Positions 50,771 to 62,861 of a stretch of DNA of 64,000 nt are shown here, piece after piece (position 1 is the stretch's first letter; the number at the start of each line of letters is the position of its first letter). The stretch spans positions 99,939,186 to 100,003,185 of the forward strand of contig NC_057718.1 of assembly GCF_004010195.1 (NCBI RefSeq). The letters are read 5' to 3'. This stretch comes from Chiloscyllium plagiosum (lineage: Eukaryota). The translations under genes were made by a program, and so were the position numbers. The notes under the pieces are model-generated. The model made no database searches, had not been told where the DNA came from, and saw only the letters and a program-made list of their open reading frames with translations.

Positions 50771-51661
50771 CTTTTCAAGAAGAATAATTTGATAAACATT
50801 TTCACATTTTAATTTTTTTTGTCAATTTTGAATTTTTCTTTGCAAAAATAAAGGTTATTTCTCTATTTGTTACCTTAAGGAAGCTGCCAGAACCGTTTCT
50901 GATATCCTGCTAATATATTAGTGGAAATGCCATCTCTGTTAAATTCAGTCCCTGAAGTAAGCACATGGAGGGGTGGGGCAGGGAAAGGAGTCAATCCACT
51001 TCTCATACCTTGGGTGCAATTAATCTCCTCTCGCATGAGGGAGTGAGAAAGACACATCTACAACTTCAAAACAGAAAGCAGGTGAGGAAAACAGTTCTGA
51101 GAAGGTCCTAGTCTGGATCCGATCAGAGGAGATTCGAGATTATAGCCTTGGACTTCAGGAAGCTTGACACTATCCAGGACAATACAGAAGGGCAGACCAG
51201 TAAAACCTCGAAATGACACATAGTGGTTCGACTCATCTTATTCACTTTAAAATTACACGTTATTAATTTTTGCTTTTTGTTTTTTTCCCCCTCTGCGAAA
51301 GCAGAAATTGGTCCACACCATAGCTGTGTGTCCAATATACAAGACGCATTGCAGCAACTTATCCAGGTTCCTCCAACAATTCTTCCAGACCTGTGACCTC
51401 TATCACCTCGAAGGGAAAGGGAAGCAGATGCCTGGAACACCACCACCTCCAGGTCTCCATCCAAGTCATACACCATCCGCACTTGGAAATAAATCACTAC
51501 TCCTTCACTATCACTGGATCAAATATCAGAACCCCCTCCTGAACCACTTGGTGGGCATATCAGTTGTGGTACGTAATGAGTATTGATCTGTATTTGATTC
51601 TGCTAGACCATCCACTGATCTATTCAGTTGTGCTTGATTACTTAAGGCTGTGATTGGTGCT

Positions 51662-52255
51662 ACAGAGTTATAGAGTCATACAGCATGGAAACAAACCTTT
51701 GGGTCCAACCAGCCCAGGCTGATCATCATCACAAATTAAACTAGTCCAACAACCTGCTCCTGGCTCATATCCCTCCAAACAATTTCTTGTTTGTGTACTT
51801 ATCCAAATGCCTTCTAAACCTTGTAACTGTACCTGTATCCTCTGGAAGTCCATTCCACACATGAACAATTCTTTGTGTAAAAGAAGTTCCCTCATATCTT
51901 TTCTAAATCTTTCTCCTCTCACCTTAAAAATATTCCACCTAGTGTTGAAATTCCCCCATCCTAGGGGAAAAACGCCTGTCATTAACCCTATCTATACCCC
52001 TCATGATCTTATAAACGTCTATCAAGCCAACCTGCTAGGATCCAGCGAAAAAGTCCCAGCCAATCCTTACGACTCAGACTCTACAGTCCTGGCAACATCC
52101 TGGTAAATCTTTTCTGAACCTTCGCCAGTTTAATAATATCCTTCCTGTAAACAGGGCGACCAGAACTGTACACAGCAGTCCAGAAGAGGCCTCACCAACA
52201 TCCTGTACAACCTCAACATAATGTCCCAAATCCTGCACTCAAAGGTCTGAGCAAT
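51662..52255 (-). mobile_element. CR1 LINE 3' fragment
   Basis: FKVRGERFRKDMR on the minus strand plus CR1 tail. Confidence 0.85.
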
Positions 52256-53161
52256 TAATTACATTAATAAGTAAATTAATTCACTAACTAATTACAATTC
52301 ATAGACAAGTAACTGACTCTGCATAGAGAGTGAAGATTTGAGAAACCGTTTGGGGTGTGCTAAAATTTGTGTAAGTTCCAAGATGTTTTAAGCTCTGCGC
52401 ATAAACTGTTTGGACTTAGAACCAGAGACGTCTCGACAATTGCTATGAGATAAATTAATCACCCAATGACAGGATTAGCTCTGACATTACATTTACTGCA
52501 GTGTTTCCAAATGACAGCTAATCATCACCTTGTCAAGAGTGACAAAGGTTGGATAATAATATGCTGACTCTGGCAACAATACCTACAACTTGCAAAGGAA
52601 TAAAAATCAAGTGCTATAAATTATTGGAGGTCCCTTTATTGGCTGTTCTCATCAGGGAAGATAAGAAGTGATCAAGGTGTAGAAGATGGACAGCAAGCAA
52701 ACACACAACGATTGAAGTATTTTGAACCTGAAGGCTTGAATTTAAGGTGATCAGCAGAAAAAGCAAAGGTGACAAGTGGACCTTTTTTTCCCATGTTGCA
52801 AGTGGGTGCAGAGGGATGCGAGTGGTGAGAATCTGGAAAGTAAGGCCTGAGAGTGTAGTGGCAGCAGATTCAATTGAGACCTCCAAGAGAGAATCAAGTA
52901 AAGGTAAGCTTACCCGAGTCCGACACTCTTGGTAAGGAGAGGCAGCTAATGGCGGCTTTCAGCTGAAGGGAGAGTTTGAGAATGAGGAACCTCTCTGGTA
53001 ATCTCAGCCAGTGTAGGAATTGAACCCACAAGTGATTGACATTACTCTGCATTGAACTAACGGACACCCAGGTCGATCAATATTGGAATAGAAATGTTTT
53101 ATGGAACTGAAGAGAAAAGTCAAACAAATAAATTTCTGGGAGTTGGTCTTGCAGAGAGCTA

Positions 53162-53289
53162 CCTGATGAAGGGCTTTTGCCCGAAACGTCAATTTTCCTG
53201 CTCCTCGGATGCTGCCTGACCTGCTGTGCTTTTCCAGCACCACTCTGATCTAAACTCTGGTTTCCAGCATCTGCAGTCCTCACTTTTGC
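53162..53289 (+). mobile_element. 128-bp PLE-derived non-autonomous element, family A
   Basis: Perfect 14-bp TSD cttgcagagagcta (53148-53161 / 53290-53303). Confidence 0.9.
53163..53190 (+). ncRNA. Minimal hammerhead ribozyme core
   Basis: CUGAUGA-A-GGGC-UUUU-GCCC-GAAA-CG-UC; palindromic ACGU; predicted cleavage after 53190. Confidence 0.7.
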
Positions 53290-54134
53290 CTTGCAGAGAG
53301 CTAGTAGAGACATGATGAGTCAAGTGGCCTCCTGTGCTGCAATCCTTTATGGTCCTATGATTCAGTGGGGTAGGATTTTTACAGTCAGAGTACAAGCACA
53401 AACACATCCATTCCATTTTTAAATTGCTGAGTCCTCAGCCAAAATGTTTCTTGTAATTCTTAAATTCACCATGTAATCTTGAGATCCACACCTAGAAGGA
53501 GACAATTTGTTTCTTGTGATGCAGTTTGCACTTTAACAAGCTGTTCGCTCTAATTGTCCGCACATTAGATAAACATCTCCCTTTCTGTTACGAGTAACAG
53601 AAGAACATTTGCTTGCGAAGGTTGTTGATGTCAATGTACAGAAGGCCAGCTGTTACTTGGGGATTTTTGTTTTGTTTTAATTATATCTCAAAGAACAACT
53701 CCTGCCAGGTTGCCCTTTAGCTGCCTGCTTCACTGCACAGATGAACCTTGGCAGAGGTTACAAGTGGAAATGCCCATGCTTCCAGCCACCAGGCGTCAGG
53801 TTGTGACAGTCGTGGAGGACAAACTGAACGCTTGTACTCCCACCTGGGTCCCAAAGTGGCTCAGTGGTTAGTGCTGCTGCCTCACAGCACCAGGGACCTG
53901 GGTTTGATTCCGCCCTTGGGTGATTGTCTGTATAAAGTTTGCATATTCTCTCTGTGTCTGCATGGGCTTCCTCCCACAGTCCAAAGATGTACAGGTTAGC
54001 TACATTGTTCAGGCTTCTGTAACATTCCACCCACTGAGATTGAGGAAAATCTAACAAGAATATCCAGCTGGTTCTTTAACCTTCCAGTTAAACATCTCAT
54101 TTAAAAAAGTTGTCTGCCATTTTCCGCCGTATTT

Positions 54135-54295
54135 AAGATTAGATTAGATTCCCTACAGTGTGGAAACAGGCCCTTCGGCCCAACCAGTCCACACCGACCC
54201 TCCAAAGAGTAACCCACCCAGACCCATTTCCCTCTGACTAATGCACCTAGCAGAAACGGGGAGAATGTGCAAACTCCACACAGACAGTCGCCCAA
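54135..54295 (-). mobile_element. HE1 V-SINE, internally deleted
   Basis: (agatt)n tail and part of the V-domain. Confidence 0.8.
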
Positions 54296-54299
54296 CATG

Positions 54300-54760
54300 T
54301 GGACTCAGCTCCACTTACCCACCTGCTCTCATAATCCTTAATACCTTTACTGTTCAAAAGTCTATCTTTGCCTTAAAAACATTCAACAAGGTAGTCTCAA
54401 CTGCTTCCCTGGGCAGGGAATTCCACAGATTCACAACTCTCTGGGTGAAGAAGTTCTCCTCAGCTCAGTCCGAAATCTTCTCCCCCTTACTTTGAGATTA
54501 TGCCCCAGTTCTAGTTTCACCCACCAGTGGAAACAACCTTCTTGCTTCTATCTTATTTACTCCCTTCATAATTTTATATATTTCTGTATGTCCCCCCCTC
54601 ATTCTTCTAAATTCCAATGAGTATAGTCCCAGTCTACTCAGTCTCTCCTCATAAGCCAACCCTCTCAACTCTGGAATCAAACTAGTGAACCTCCTTTGCA
54701 CCCCCTCCAGGGTCAGTACATGCTTTCTCAAGTGAGGAGGCCAACAGTGTACATAGTACA
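54300..54760 (-). mobile_element. CR1 LINE 3' fragment
   Basis: LEGVQRRFTSLIPELRGLAYEERLSRLGLYSLEFRRMRG. Confidence 0.9.
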
Positions 54761-55232
54761 CCTGGAAATTAATAACTTTTAAATTTGACTTGTCAAACTG
54801 CCCTATTCTCAACCACTTTAACTTGATTTATATTAACACTCCCAGTTACCCATCCAGAAGGCAAACACAGTGCAGTTATAAATCACCCTTTCCTGCCAAT
54901 TATTAAAGCATGCAGGATATCAAAGTGATGAGCAGGACGTTGTTTATTTACCAAGAAACACTTAAGTTTAAAAATGATCTGTCAATTATTGGTCAATAGG
55001 TTTAATTCATGAATTATAGAAGGCTAGATCTGCTGTGTGCAGCGCTAAGGCAGCATTAATAACTCACTAACTTGAAATTTATACTTGAAATTGGAGACTG
55101 AGATTAATATAACCTGGTGAAATTAATATATAATTGGACTCCTCAGAGACTAGGGAAATTCACAACACAGACAGTTGGTTGACTGGAAGTTGATATGCTT
55201 ACAGTTAGTTAAATTTGCAGAATCTTTAGAAG

Positions 55233-55370
55233 AAGGGCTTCCTGAAGAAGGGCTTATGCCCGAAACGTCGATTCTCCTGTTCCCTGGATGCTGCCTGACC
55301 TGCTGCGATTTTCCAGCAACACATTTTCAGCTCTGATCTCCAGCATCTGCAGTCCTCACTTTCTCCTCAA
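55233..55370 (+). mobile_element. PLE-derived element, family A, with intact hammerhead core (55242-55269)
   Basis: CUGAAGA-A-GGGC-UUAU-GCCC-GAAA-CG-UC; TSD agaatCtttagaag (55219-55232) / agaatTtttagaag (55371-55384). Confidence 0.85.
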
Positions 55371-55465
55371 AGAATTTTTAGAAGGTCATTCAGAGGGTGC
55401 TCTGCTGTAGATAGTACTAGGACCAGTCACAAATCACTCCTGAGACTATAATAGGTGAGACTATA

Positions 55466-56362
55466 ATGACACTAAAGTCAGTGGAGTGGTGGACAGTGGA
55501 GAAGAATGTTACAGGTTGCAGGGGGACTTGGATAAACTTCAGAATTGGGCTGAGAAGTGGCAAATGGAGTTCAATGCAGCTAAATGTGAGGTGATGCACT
55601 TTGGGAAGAGTAGCAGGAAGGCAGAGTACTGGGTCAATGGAAAGATTCTTGGTAGTGTGGATGTGCAGAGGGATCTTGGAGTCCATGTACATAGATCCCT
55701 GAAAGTTGCCACCCAGGTTGATAGTGCTGTTAAGAAGGCATACGCTATGTTAGGTTCCACTGGTAGAGGGATTGACTTCCGGAGCCGCAATATCATGCTG
55801 CAACTATACAAAACGCTGGTGCGGCCACACTTGGAATATTGTGTACAGTTCTGGTCGCCCCATTACAGGAAGGATGTGGAAGCATTGGAAAAGGTGCAGA
55901 GGAGATTTACCAGGGTGTTGCCTGGTCTGGAGGGAAGATCTTATGTGGAAAGGCTGAGAGACTTGGGTCTGTTCTCATGAGAGAGAAGAAGGCTAAGAGG
56001 GGGTTTGATAGAGACATACAAGATGATCAGAGGATTAGATAGGGTAGACAGTGGAAGTATTTTTCCTAGGATGATGACATTAGCATGTATGAGGGGGCAT
56101 AACTACAAATTGAGGGGTGATAGATTTAAGACAGATGTCAGAGGCAGGTTCTTTACTCAGAGAGTGGTAAGGGTGTGCAATGCCCTGCCTGCCAATGTAG
56201 CTAACTCAGCCACATTAGGGAGATTTAAACAATCCTTGGATAAGCACATGAATGATTATGGGATAGCATGGGGGAGTGGGCTTAAGATTAGTTCACAGGT
56301 CAGCGCAACATCGAGGGCCGAAGGGCTTGTCCAGCACTGTATTGTCCTATGGTCTATGTTCT
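55466..56362 (+). mobile_element. Relatively young CR1 LINE 3' portion
   Basis: 164-aa open stretch LQGDLDKLQNWAEKWQMEFNAAKCEVMHFG...LEYCVQFWSPHYRKD; a premature stop at 55978-55980. Confidence 0.95.
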
Positions 56363-56364
56363 AG

Positions 56365-56662
56365 GTGGTTAGCACTGCTGCCTCACAGCACCAGGGACCT
56401 GGGTTCGAATCCAGCCTTGGGTGAATCTATGAAGGTTGCATATTCTCCTCGTGTCTATGTGAGTTTCCTCCAGGTGCTCTGGTTCCCTCCCACAGTCCAA
56501 AGGTTTGCAAGTTAGGGTGGCTTGGCCATACTAAATTGCGCTGTAGTGTTCAGGGATGTGCAGGCTAAGTGGACTAGCCACAGGAAATATGATGCTCTCC
56601 AGAGATTTGGTGTGGATTCGATGGGCTGAATGGCCTGCTTCCACACTGTAGGGATTCTATGA
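56365..56662 (+). mobile_element. HE1-type V-SINE
   Basis: Head, V-domain and tail. Confidence 0.85.
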
Positions 56663-57176
56663 ATGGGCGATATGTTACATTTACACAATTGAATAGCTGA
56701 AAACTGGTTACCATCTCTGTGTAGTGAGATGGTGGAGGATAAGAAAGCTGAACATATGCCATATTTGGAAGTTCCTGAGCACATAAGCAAGAAGAATAAG
56801 GATAACAACAAGGTGCCTTTATATAGCACCCTTAATGTAAGGCTGTTTTACAGGAGCTATAAAACAAATACAATGCCGAAAGACATGGAGATGTGATAAC
56901 TGTGGGCTGACCCTTCTGATAGTTTGACTAAATGGCAACTTTGGGAAATTTCCTGGAGAGTTCCATGCTGATTTTTCCTCAAGCATTCATCCCCTGCAAA
57001 CCTTGTTCATTCTATCTACGGGGAGGTTCCTTGCTGCTCTGCCTATTGTATCCAGAGGTCGCCGTAGCTGGGTTTTTCCCACCGTGCCTCTATGGGCAGC
57101 AGAGTTAAATGCCACCAAGCATGCCAGGTCAAACACTGCAACCCAGGAACTCGCATTTAAAGTCTGATTCGAGAAA

Positions 57177-57362
57177 GACAAAGTTAAAAATCACACAACA
57201 CCGGGTTATAGTCCAACAGGTTTATTTGGAAGCACTAGCTTTTGGAGCGCTGCTCCTTCATTCAGGTAGCCAGTGCTTCCAAATAAACCTGTTGGACTTT
57301 AACCTGGTGTTGTGTGATTTTTAACTTTGTCCGCCCCAGTCCAACACCGGCTCCTCCACATC
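57177..57362. mobile_element. Fold-back PLE-derived element, family B
   Basis: About 60-bp near-perfect inverted arms around a decayed hammerhead. Confidence 0.85.
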
Positions 57363-57467
57363 AAATGGAAAAGCAAAGAAATGTGGTACCTGGGGTGACG
57401 TAGTGTGGCTGGTGCTGGAATAGTGGAGATGGAAACCTTCCCTCTTTCTTCTGCCACACTTTCTTCT

Positions 57468-58155
57468 GAAAAGCACAGCAGGTCAGGCAGCATCCGAGGA
57501 GCAGGAAAATCTACATTTTGGGCAAAAGCCCTGAGGAAACTGTTGAAGTCCACATTGATGCCTTGGGGTTGAAGTGTTCCGAGGCGGAAGAGGAGGCGTT
57601 CTCCCTCCAGGCGTCGGGTGGTGAGGGAGCGACGGTGGAGGCGGCCCAGGACCTCCATGTCCTCGGCAGAGTGGAAGGGGGAGTTGAAATGTTGGGCCAC
57701 AGGGCGGTGTGGTTGATTGGTAGGAGTGTCCCAGAAATGTTCCCGAAAGCGCTCTGCTAGGAAGCGTCCAGTCTCCCCAATGTAGAGGAGGCCGCATTGG
57801 GAGCGACGGATACAATAAATGATATTGGTGGATGTGCAGGTAAAACTTTGATGGATGTGGAAGGCTCCTTTAGGGCCTTGGATGGAGGTGAGGGAGGTGG
57901 TGTGGGCACAGGTTTTGCAACTCCTGCGGTGGCAGGGGAAGATGCCAGGATGTGAGGGTGGGTTGTAGGGGGGTGTGGACCTGACCAGGTAGTCACGGAG
58001 GGAATGGTCTTTGCGGAAGGTGGAAAGGAGAGGGATGCCAGGACGGGAGGGTGGGTTGTAGGGGGCGTGGACCTGACCAGGTAGTCACGGAGAGAACAGT
58101 CTTTGCAGAAAGTGGATGGGGGTGGGGAGGGAAATATATTCCTGGTGGTGGGTTC
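57468..58155 (-). mobile_element. Penelope-like element, GIY-YIG endonuclease pseudogene plus family A terminus
   Basis: Minus strand CKTCAHT...FTCTSTNIIYCIRRSQCGLLYIGETGR...AQHFNSPFHS...LGTLQPQGINVDF; about 93-bp tandem duplication at 57941/58034. Confidence 0.9.
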
Positions 58156-58525
58156 CTGACCATCACCAAATCAAATCAAATAACTGGGAAATCTATATAA
58201 GGAAAAATTGAGAGAGCTGAACAGGAATTGGGATGTTTGTTGGGATATGGATGACAGAGTTTCGGATGCCCTCACAATTACAAAGTTTTAGGAAGGGTTT
58301 GATCAGCACACAGAGAGGAGGTGCAGTGGTTAACGGACTGATGCAGAGCCAACAACCTATCTCTGAACATGGAGAAATGAAAGAGATGGTTGTTGACTTC
58401 AGGGGGGCATGGAGCGACCATTCTCCACTGAACATGTGGAGATTGTAAAGAGCACCAAATTTCTTGGTGTTCACCTGGTGGAGAATCTCACCTGGACCCT
58501 CAATATCAGCTCCATAGACAAGAAA

Positions 58526-58734
58526 GTCAAAAGTGAAGACTGCAGATGCTGGAAATCAGATTCTAGATTAGTGTGGTGCTGGAAAAGCACAGCAGGTCAG
58601 GCAGCATCCGAGGAGCAAGAGAATTGATGCTTCAGGCAAAAGTCCTGACGACGTGCTTTTGCCCGAAACATCGATTTTCCTGCTCTTCGGATGCTGCCTG
58701 ACCAGCTGTGCTTTTCCAGCACTGCTCTAATCTA
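58526..58734. mobile_element. Fold-back PLE-derived element, family A
   Basis: Inverted arms; TSD ccatagacaaGaaa (58512-58525) / ccatagacaaTaaa (58735-58748). Confidence 0.85.
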
Positions 58735-58828
58735 CCATAGACAATAAACCCAGCAGTATCTCTACATTCTGTGCAGGCTGAGGAAAGCCCACCTCCCATC
58801 TCCCCATCCTCACCACATTCTACAGAGA

Positions 58829-59391
58829 AGCGCAGCAGGTCAGGCAGCATCCAGGGAACAGGAGAATCGATGTTTCGGGCATAAGCCCTTCTTCAGGAAT
58901 GGGGAAAGTTTGTCCAGCAGGCTAAGATAAAAGGTAGGGAGGAGGGACTTGGGGGAGGGGCGTCGGAAATGTGATAGGTGGAAAGAGGTCAAGGTGAGGG
59001 TGATAGATCAGACTGGGGTGGGGGCGGAGAGGTCGGGAAGAAGATCTCAGGTTAGGAAGGCGGTGCTGAATTCGATGGATTNNNNNNNNNNNNNNNNNNN
59101 NNNNNNNNNNNNNNNNNNNNNNNNNNNNNNNNNNNNNNNNNNNNNNNNNNNNNNNNNNNNNNNNNNNNNNNNNNNNNNNNNNNNNNNNNNNNNNNNNNNN
59201 NNNNNNNNNNNNNNNNNNNNNNNNNNNNNNNNNNNNNNNNNNNNNNNNNNNNNNNNNNNNNNNNNNNNNNNNNNNNNNNNNNNNGCCCGAAACGTCGATT
59301 CTCCTGTTCCCTGGATGCTGCCTGACCTGCTGCGCTTTTCCAGCAACACATTTCCAGCTCTGATCTCCAGCATCTGCAGACCTCACTTTCT
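58829..59391. mobile_element. PLE insertion with inverted termini, spans the N gap
   Basis: Perfect 16-bp TSD ccacattctacagaga (58813-58828 / 59392-59407); hammerhead core on minus at about 58868-58897. Confidence 0.85.
59082..59284. other. Assembly gap
   Basis: Run of N. Confidence 1.
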
Positions 59392-61012
59392 CCACATTCT
59401 ACAGAGACATCATTGAGAGTACCCTCAGCTGCAGCATCCCTGCCTGGTTCGGGAATTGCACCATCCCAGATCGTAAGACTCTACAACAGATAATGAGACA
59501 GCTGAGAGGATCATTGGGGTCTCTCTCCCTCCATTACAGACATTTACACCACAAGCTGCATCCAAAAGGCTAAGAGCATTGTGGAAGACCCTAAACCCCC
59601 CCCCCCAACTCAAACTCTTCTCCCTCCTGCCATCTGGCAGAAGATACCGGAGTATTCGGTCTCTCAGGGCTAGACTGTGCAACAGTTTCTTCCCACAAGC
59701 CGTCAGGCTCCTTAACGCAGTATGATCAGATTCTTTCCCATCTAAATTCTTTGTATGACTGTGCAAAAGGAATACTGCTCTGTATGACTGCCCTCTCATG
59801 TAGTCTGTGCTGTCCATGTAGCCCCCTCGGTCCTGAAGGAACACTGTCTCGTTTTTACTGTGACAGTTGTATATGGTAGAAATGACAAATAAAGCTATGC
59901 TTTCTCTTGACTCTTGACTCTTGACCTAGGAAGTTATAACAAAGTAAACTGTACCATTCTACAGCACTAAATTCTCTGCGTTACCTGTGAACCACGTTCA
60001 GTCTAAACTGCACAAGTTGGCGGTAACATAGCAAACTGGAATACAGTATACTGTCCGGTGCAGTGACGGGACTGTGGATAAGACAGGAACCCATGTGGGC
60101 AAATATTGCTGGCAAGTGATTAAATATACATGGTACATTTGGATTCTCAGTGTGGAGATGATCAAAGGCTTCTAACCATTTCCAGCACAATTACTGCTGA
60201 CGATCCTCTTATAGGTCTCCAACAAATTTCCACTGAAGATCCTCTTACAGGTCTCCAAATTTCCGCAAGGCCATTTGTAGAGTCTGCTTGTTTCATAAAT
60301 GAGTTCTCCTGAGATTTCATGCCTCTGAGCTTTATTTTAACATCAGAGCCTTATGGGAGTAGAGTATCTGACACTAGGTTTGGACCAAGTTCCAGAAAAC
60401 TCATTATTTTCAATGTCCCACTGTGGGTGTGATGCTCTTCGCTCTGTTAGAATGTCCTTACTGAGGCATCCTCTTGATGTGAAGGAAGGTTGCAAGCACA
60501 TACTTCCAATTAATTCTGATGAGAAGGTTTTTTTTAGTTAAAATCCGTCAAAATACTTTCTTTTATTTCCCCAATGGTCTGCCCCAGGATGTCATCTGCG
60601 TTTGGCTGAAGGGGGAACAGAGGGATACTCAAAGTAATGGGATTCCTGGGAGCCAGCAAAGCTGCATTTCGAGAGGGCTGTATTTGGGAATGTGTATGTT
60701 GGCCGCAGCTCCTTAACACATTCATCAATCCTTCCCATTTGCTATGGAGCAGGAATGAGCACACAAGATAAGAGATAGAGGGAGACTGTGGAGTGTTGCA
60801 GTACAGATAGATCCAAGGGTCCTGACACACAAGCCAAAATAAGTCAGCCAGAAGTCAGGAAGGTCAATGAAACATAGGCCCTTATTGCAAAGAAGATGGA
60901 GAATACGTTGTCTTCCTACAACTATACAGGAACTGAGTGAGACCATACCTGGATCCTTAGTGCAATGCAAGGGTTCACCCACTTACAGAAGTCTGACTTA
61001 TGAAAGCTTGTA

Positions 61013-61205
61013 CAGGTAGTTCTTCTATAACATGATGGTTGCGTACTTGTGTGTTTTAGAAACAGCGTTTAAAATGTTGCGATGTAATCAACTTACAGTC
61101 AGCATGCGTTTAAAAGTTCACACTTTAGAGACAGTGTTCCCAACATGTCAATCATGTTATAGCGAATTTGTGTTAACGAAATGTGCATTATAGCAGAACG
61201 ATCTG
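61013..61205. mobile_element. Tc1/pogo-type MITE
   Basis: TA flanks; TIRs caggtagttcttctataac / attatagcagaacgatctg. Confidence 0.75.
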
Positions 61206-61399
61206 TACTTATAAACGTGATCCTACACAATAATTTTAAAGATAAGACATACAAACATTTCCTCTTACTTACAAACCTTTACATTTTCCTGTATTGGGTT
61301 CGGACTTGTGTTGAAACCAACTTACAAACAGACTCTGTTCACAACCTGGGGACTGTCTGGATTGGCTTACTTACTTAAGGAAGGTTAGACTTTATCAAA

Positions 61400-61885
61400 A
61401 CTCTGCAGTGTGGAAAAAGGCCATTTGGCCCATCAAGCCTGCATTGACCCCCAAAGAGCTCTCAGACCCAGACCCCTGTTCTATCCTTGTAATTACCATG
61501 GTTAACCCAACTAACCTGCACATAGAGTCATAGAGTCATGCAGCATGGAATCAGACACTTTGGTCCAACGCATCCAAGTTTCCTAGACTAAACTAGTCCC
61601 ATTTGCCTGCACTTGGCCCAAATCCTTCTAAATCTTTCTCATTCATGTATCTATCCAAATGTCTTTTATGTTGCCCTCTGGGCAATTAGGGATGGGCAAT
61701 AAATGCTACCTAACCAGCGATGCCCTCATCCCATGAATAAATAAAGAAAAAAAAGTTGTAACTCTACGTGCATCTACCACTTCCTCTGGCGGTTTATTCC
61801 ACACACGAACCACCCTCTGTGTGAAAAAGTTGTCCCTCCGGCCCCTTTTACATCTTTCTCCTCTCACCATAAAATTATGTCCTCT
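61400..61885 (-). mobile_element. HE1 tail plus CR1 3' fragment, with an L2-group/SINE tail inserted at about 61670-61754
   Basis: HNFMVRGERCKRG...FFTQRVVRVWN; inserted gccctctgggcaattagggatgggcaataaatgc...poly(A). Confidence 0.75.
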
Positions 61886-61957
61886 AACAGGCCTCCAGTC
61901 TGCAAAACAACCCTCCACGACCAACCCTCTAACTCCTACCAACAACCCAATATTGTA

Positions 61958-62845
61958 ACAAAGAACAAAGAACCTTACAGCACAGGAATTGACCCTTCGA
62001 CCCTCTAAGCCTGCGCCTATCCAGATCCTCTATCTAAACCTGCCGCCTACTTTCTAAGGATCTGTATCCCGGCCCATTCATCTATCTGTCTCGATACATT
62101 TGAAATGACGTTATCGTTCCCACCTCTACCACCTCTGCTGGCAATGTGTTCCAGGCCCCCACCACCCTCTATGTGAAGACCTGTCCAAGCATACCTCCCT
62201 TAAACCTTTTCTCTCTCACTTTGAACTCATGGCCCCTAGTAATTGAGTTCCACACTCTGTGAAAAAGCTTCTTGCTGTCCACCCTGTCTATACCTCTCAT
62301 GATTGTGTAGGCCTCAATCAGGTCCCCCTTCAACCTTCTTCCTTCCAATTAAAATAATCCTAATCTACTCAACCTCTCCTCATAGCTAGCATCCTCCATA
62401 CCAGGCAACATCCTGATGATCCTCCTCTGCACCCTCTCCAAAGCATCCACATCCTTTTGGTAATGTGGCGACCAGAACTGTACGCAGTATTCCAAAAGTG
62501 GCCAAACCAAAGTCTTATTCAACTGTAACATGACCCACCAACTCTTGTACTCAATACCCTGTCCAATGAAGGAAAGCATGCCATATGCCTTCTTGACCAC
62601 TCTACTGATCTGCGTTGCCACCTTCAGGGAACAATGGATCTGAACACCCAGATCTCTCTCTACATCAATTTTCTTCAGGACTTTTCCATTTACTGTACAG
62701 CTTACTCTTGATTTGGATCTTCCAAAATGCATCGCCTCACATTTGTCCGAATTGAACTCCATCTGTCGTTTCTCTGCCAACTCTCCAAGCTATCTACATT
62801 CTGCTACATTCTCCAATAGTCCCCTTCACTATCTGCTACTCCACC
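61958..62845 (-). mobile_element. CR1 LINE 3' portion
   Basis: ORF 62349-62780 QMEFNSDKCEAMHFG...LEYCVQFWSPHYQKD. Confidence 0.93.
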
Positions 62846-62861
62846 TAATACAACAGGCAAT

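Larger units (their letters stand above)
58370..59925 (+). mobile_element. Rex1/Babar-clade LINE 3' portion with two nested PLE-derived insertions
   Basis: KEMVVDFRG, VEIVKSTKFLGVHL...LTW, AWFGNC, LFSLLPSGRRYRSIR, NSFFPQAVRLLN; (ctcttga)n tail. Confidence 0.85.

Noticed and set aside
55486..55980. 164-aa ORF as a host gene (likewise 18854-19309 and 62349-62780)
   Set aside because: CR1 ORF2 fragments in 5'-truncated copies with downstream stops or frameshifts
57272..57285. Idea that short elements start exactly at the hammerhead cleavage site
   Set aside because: Approximately true for this arm but not for 53162, 55233, 9340 or 32340, so not a consistent rule
60192..60265. About 36-bp two-copy tandem duplication within a small ORF
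   Set aside because: Ordinary local duplication with no supporting structure
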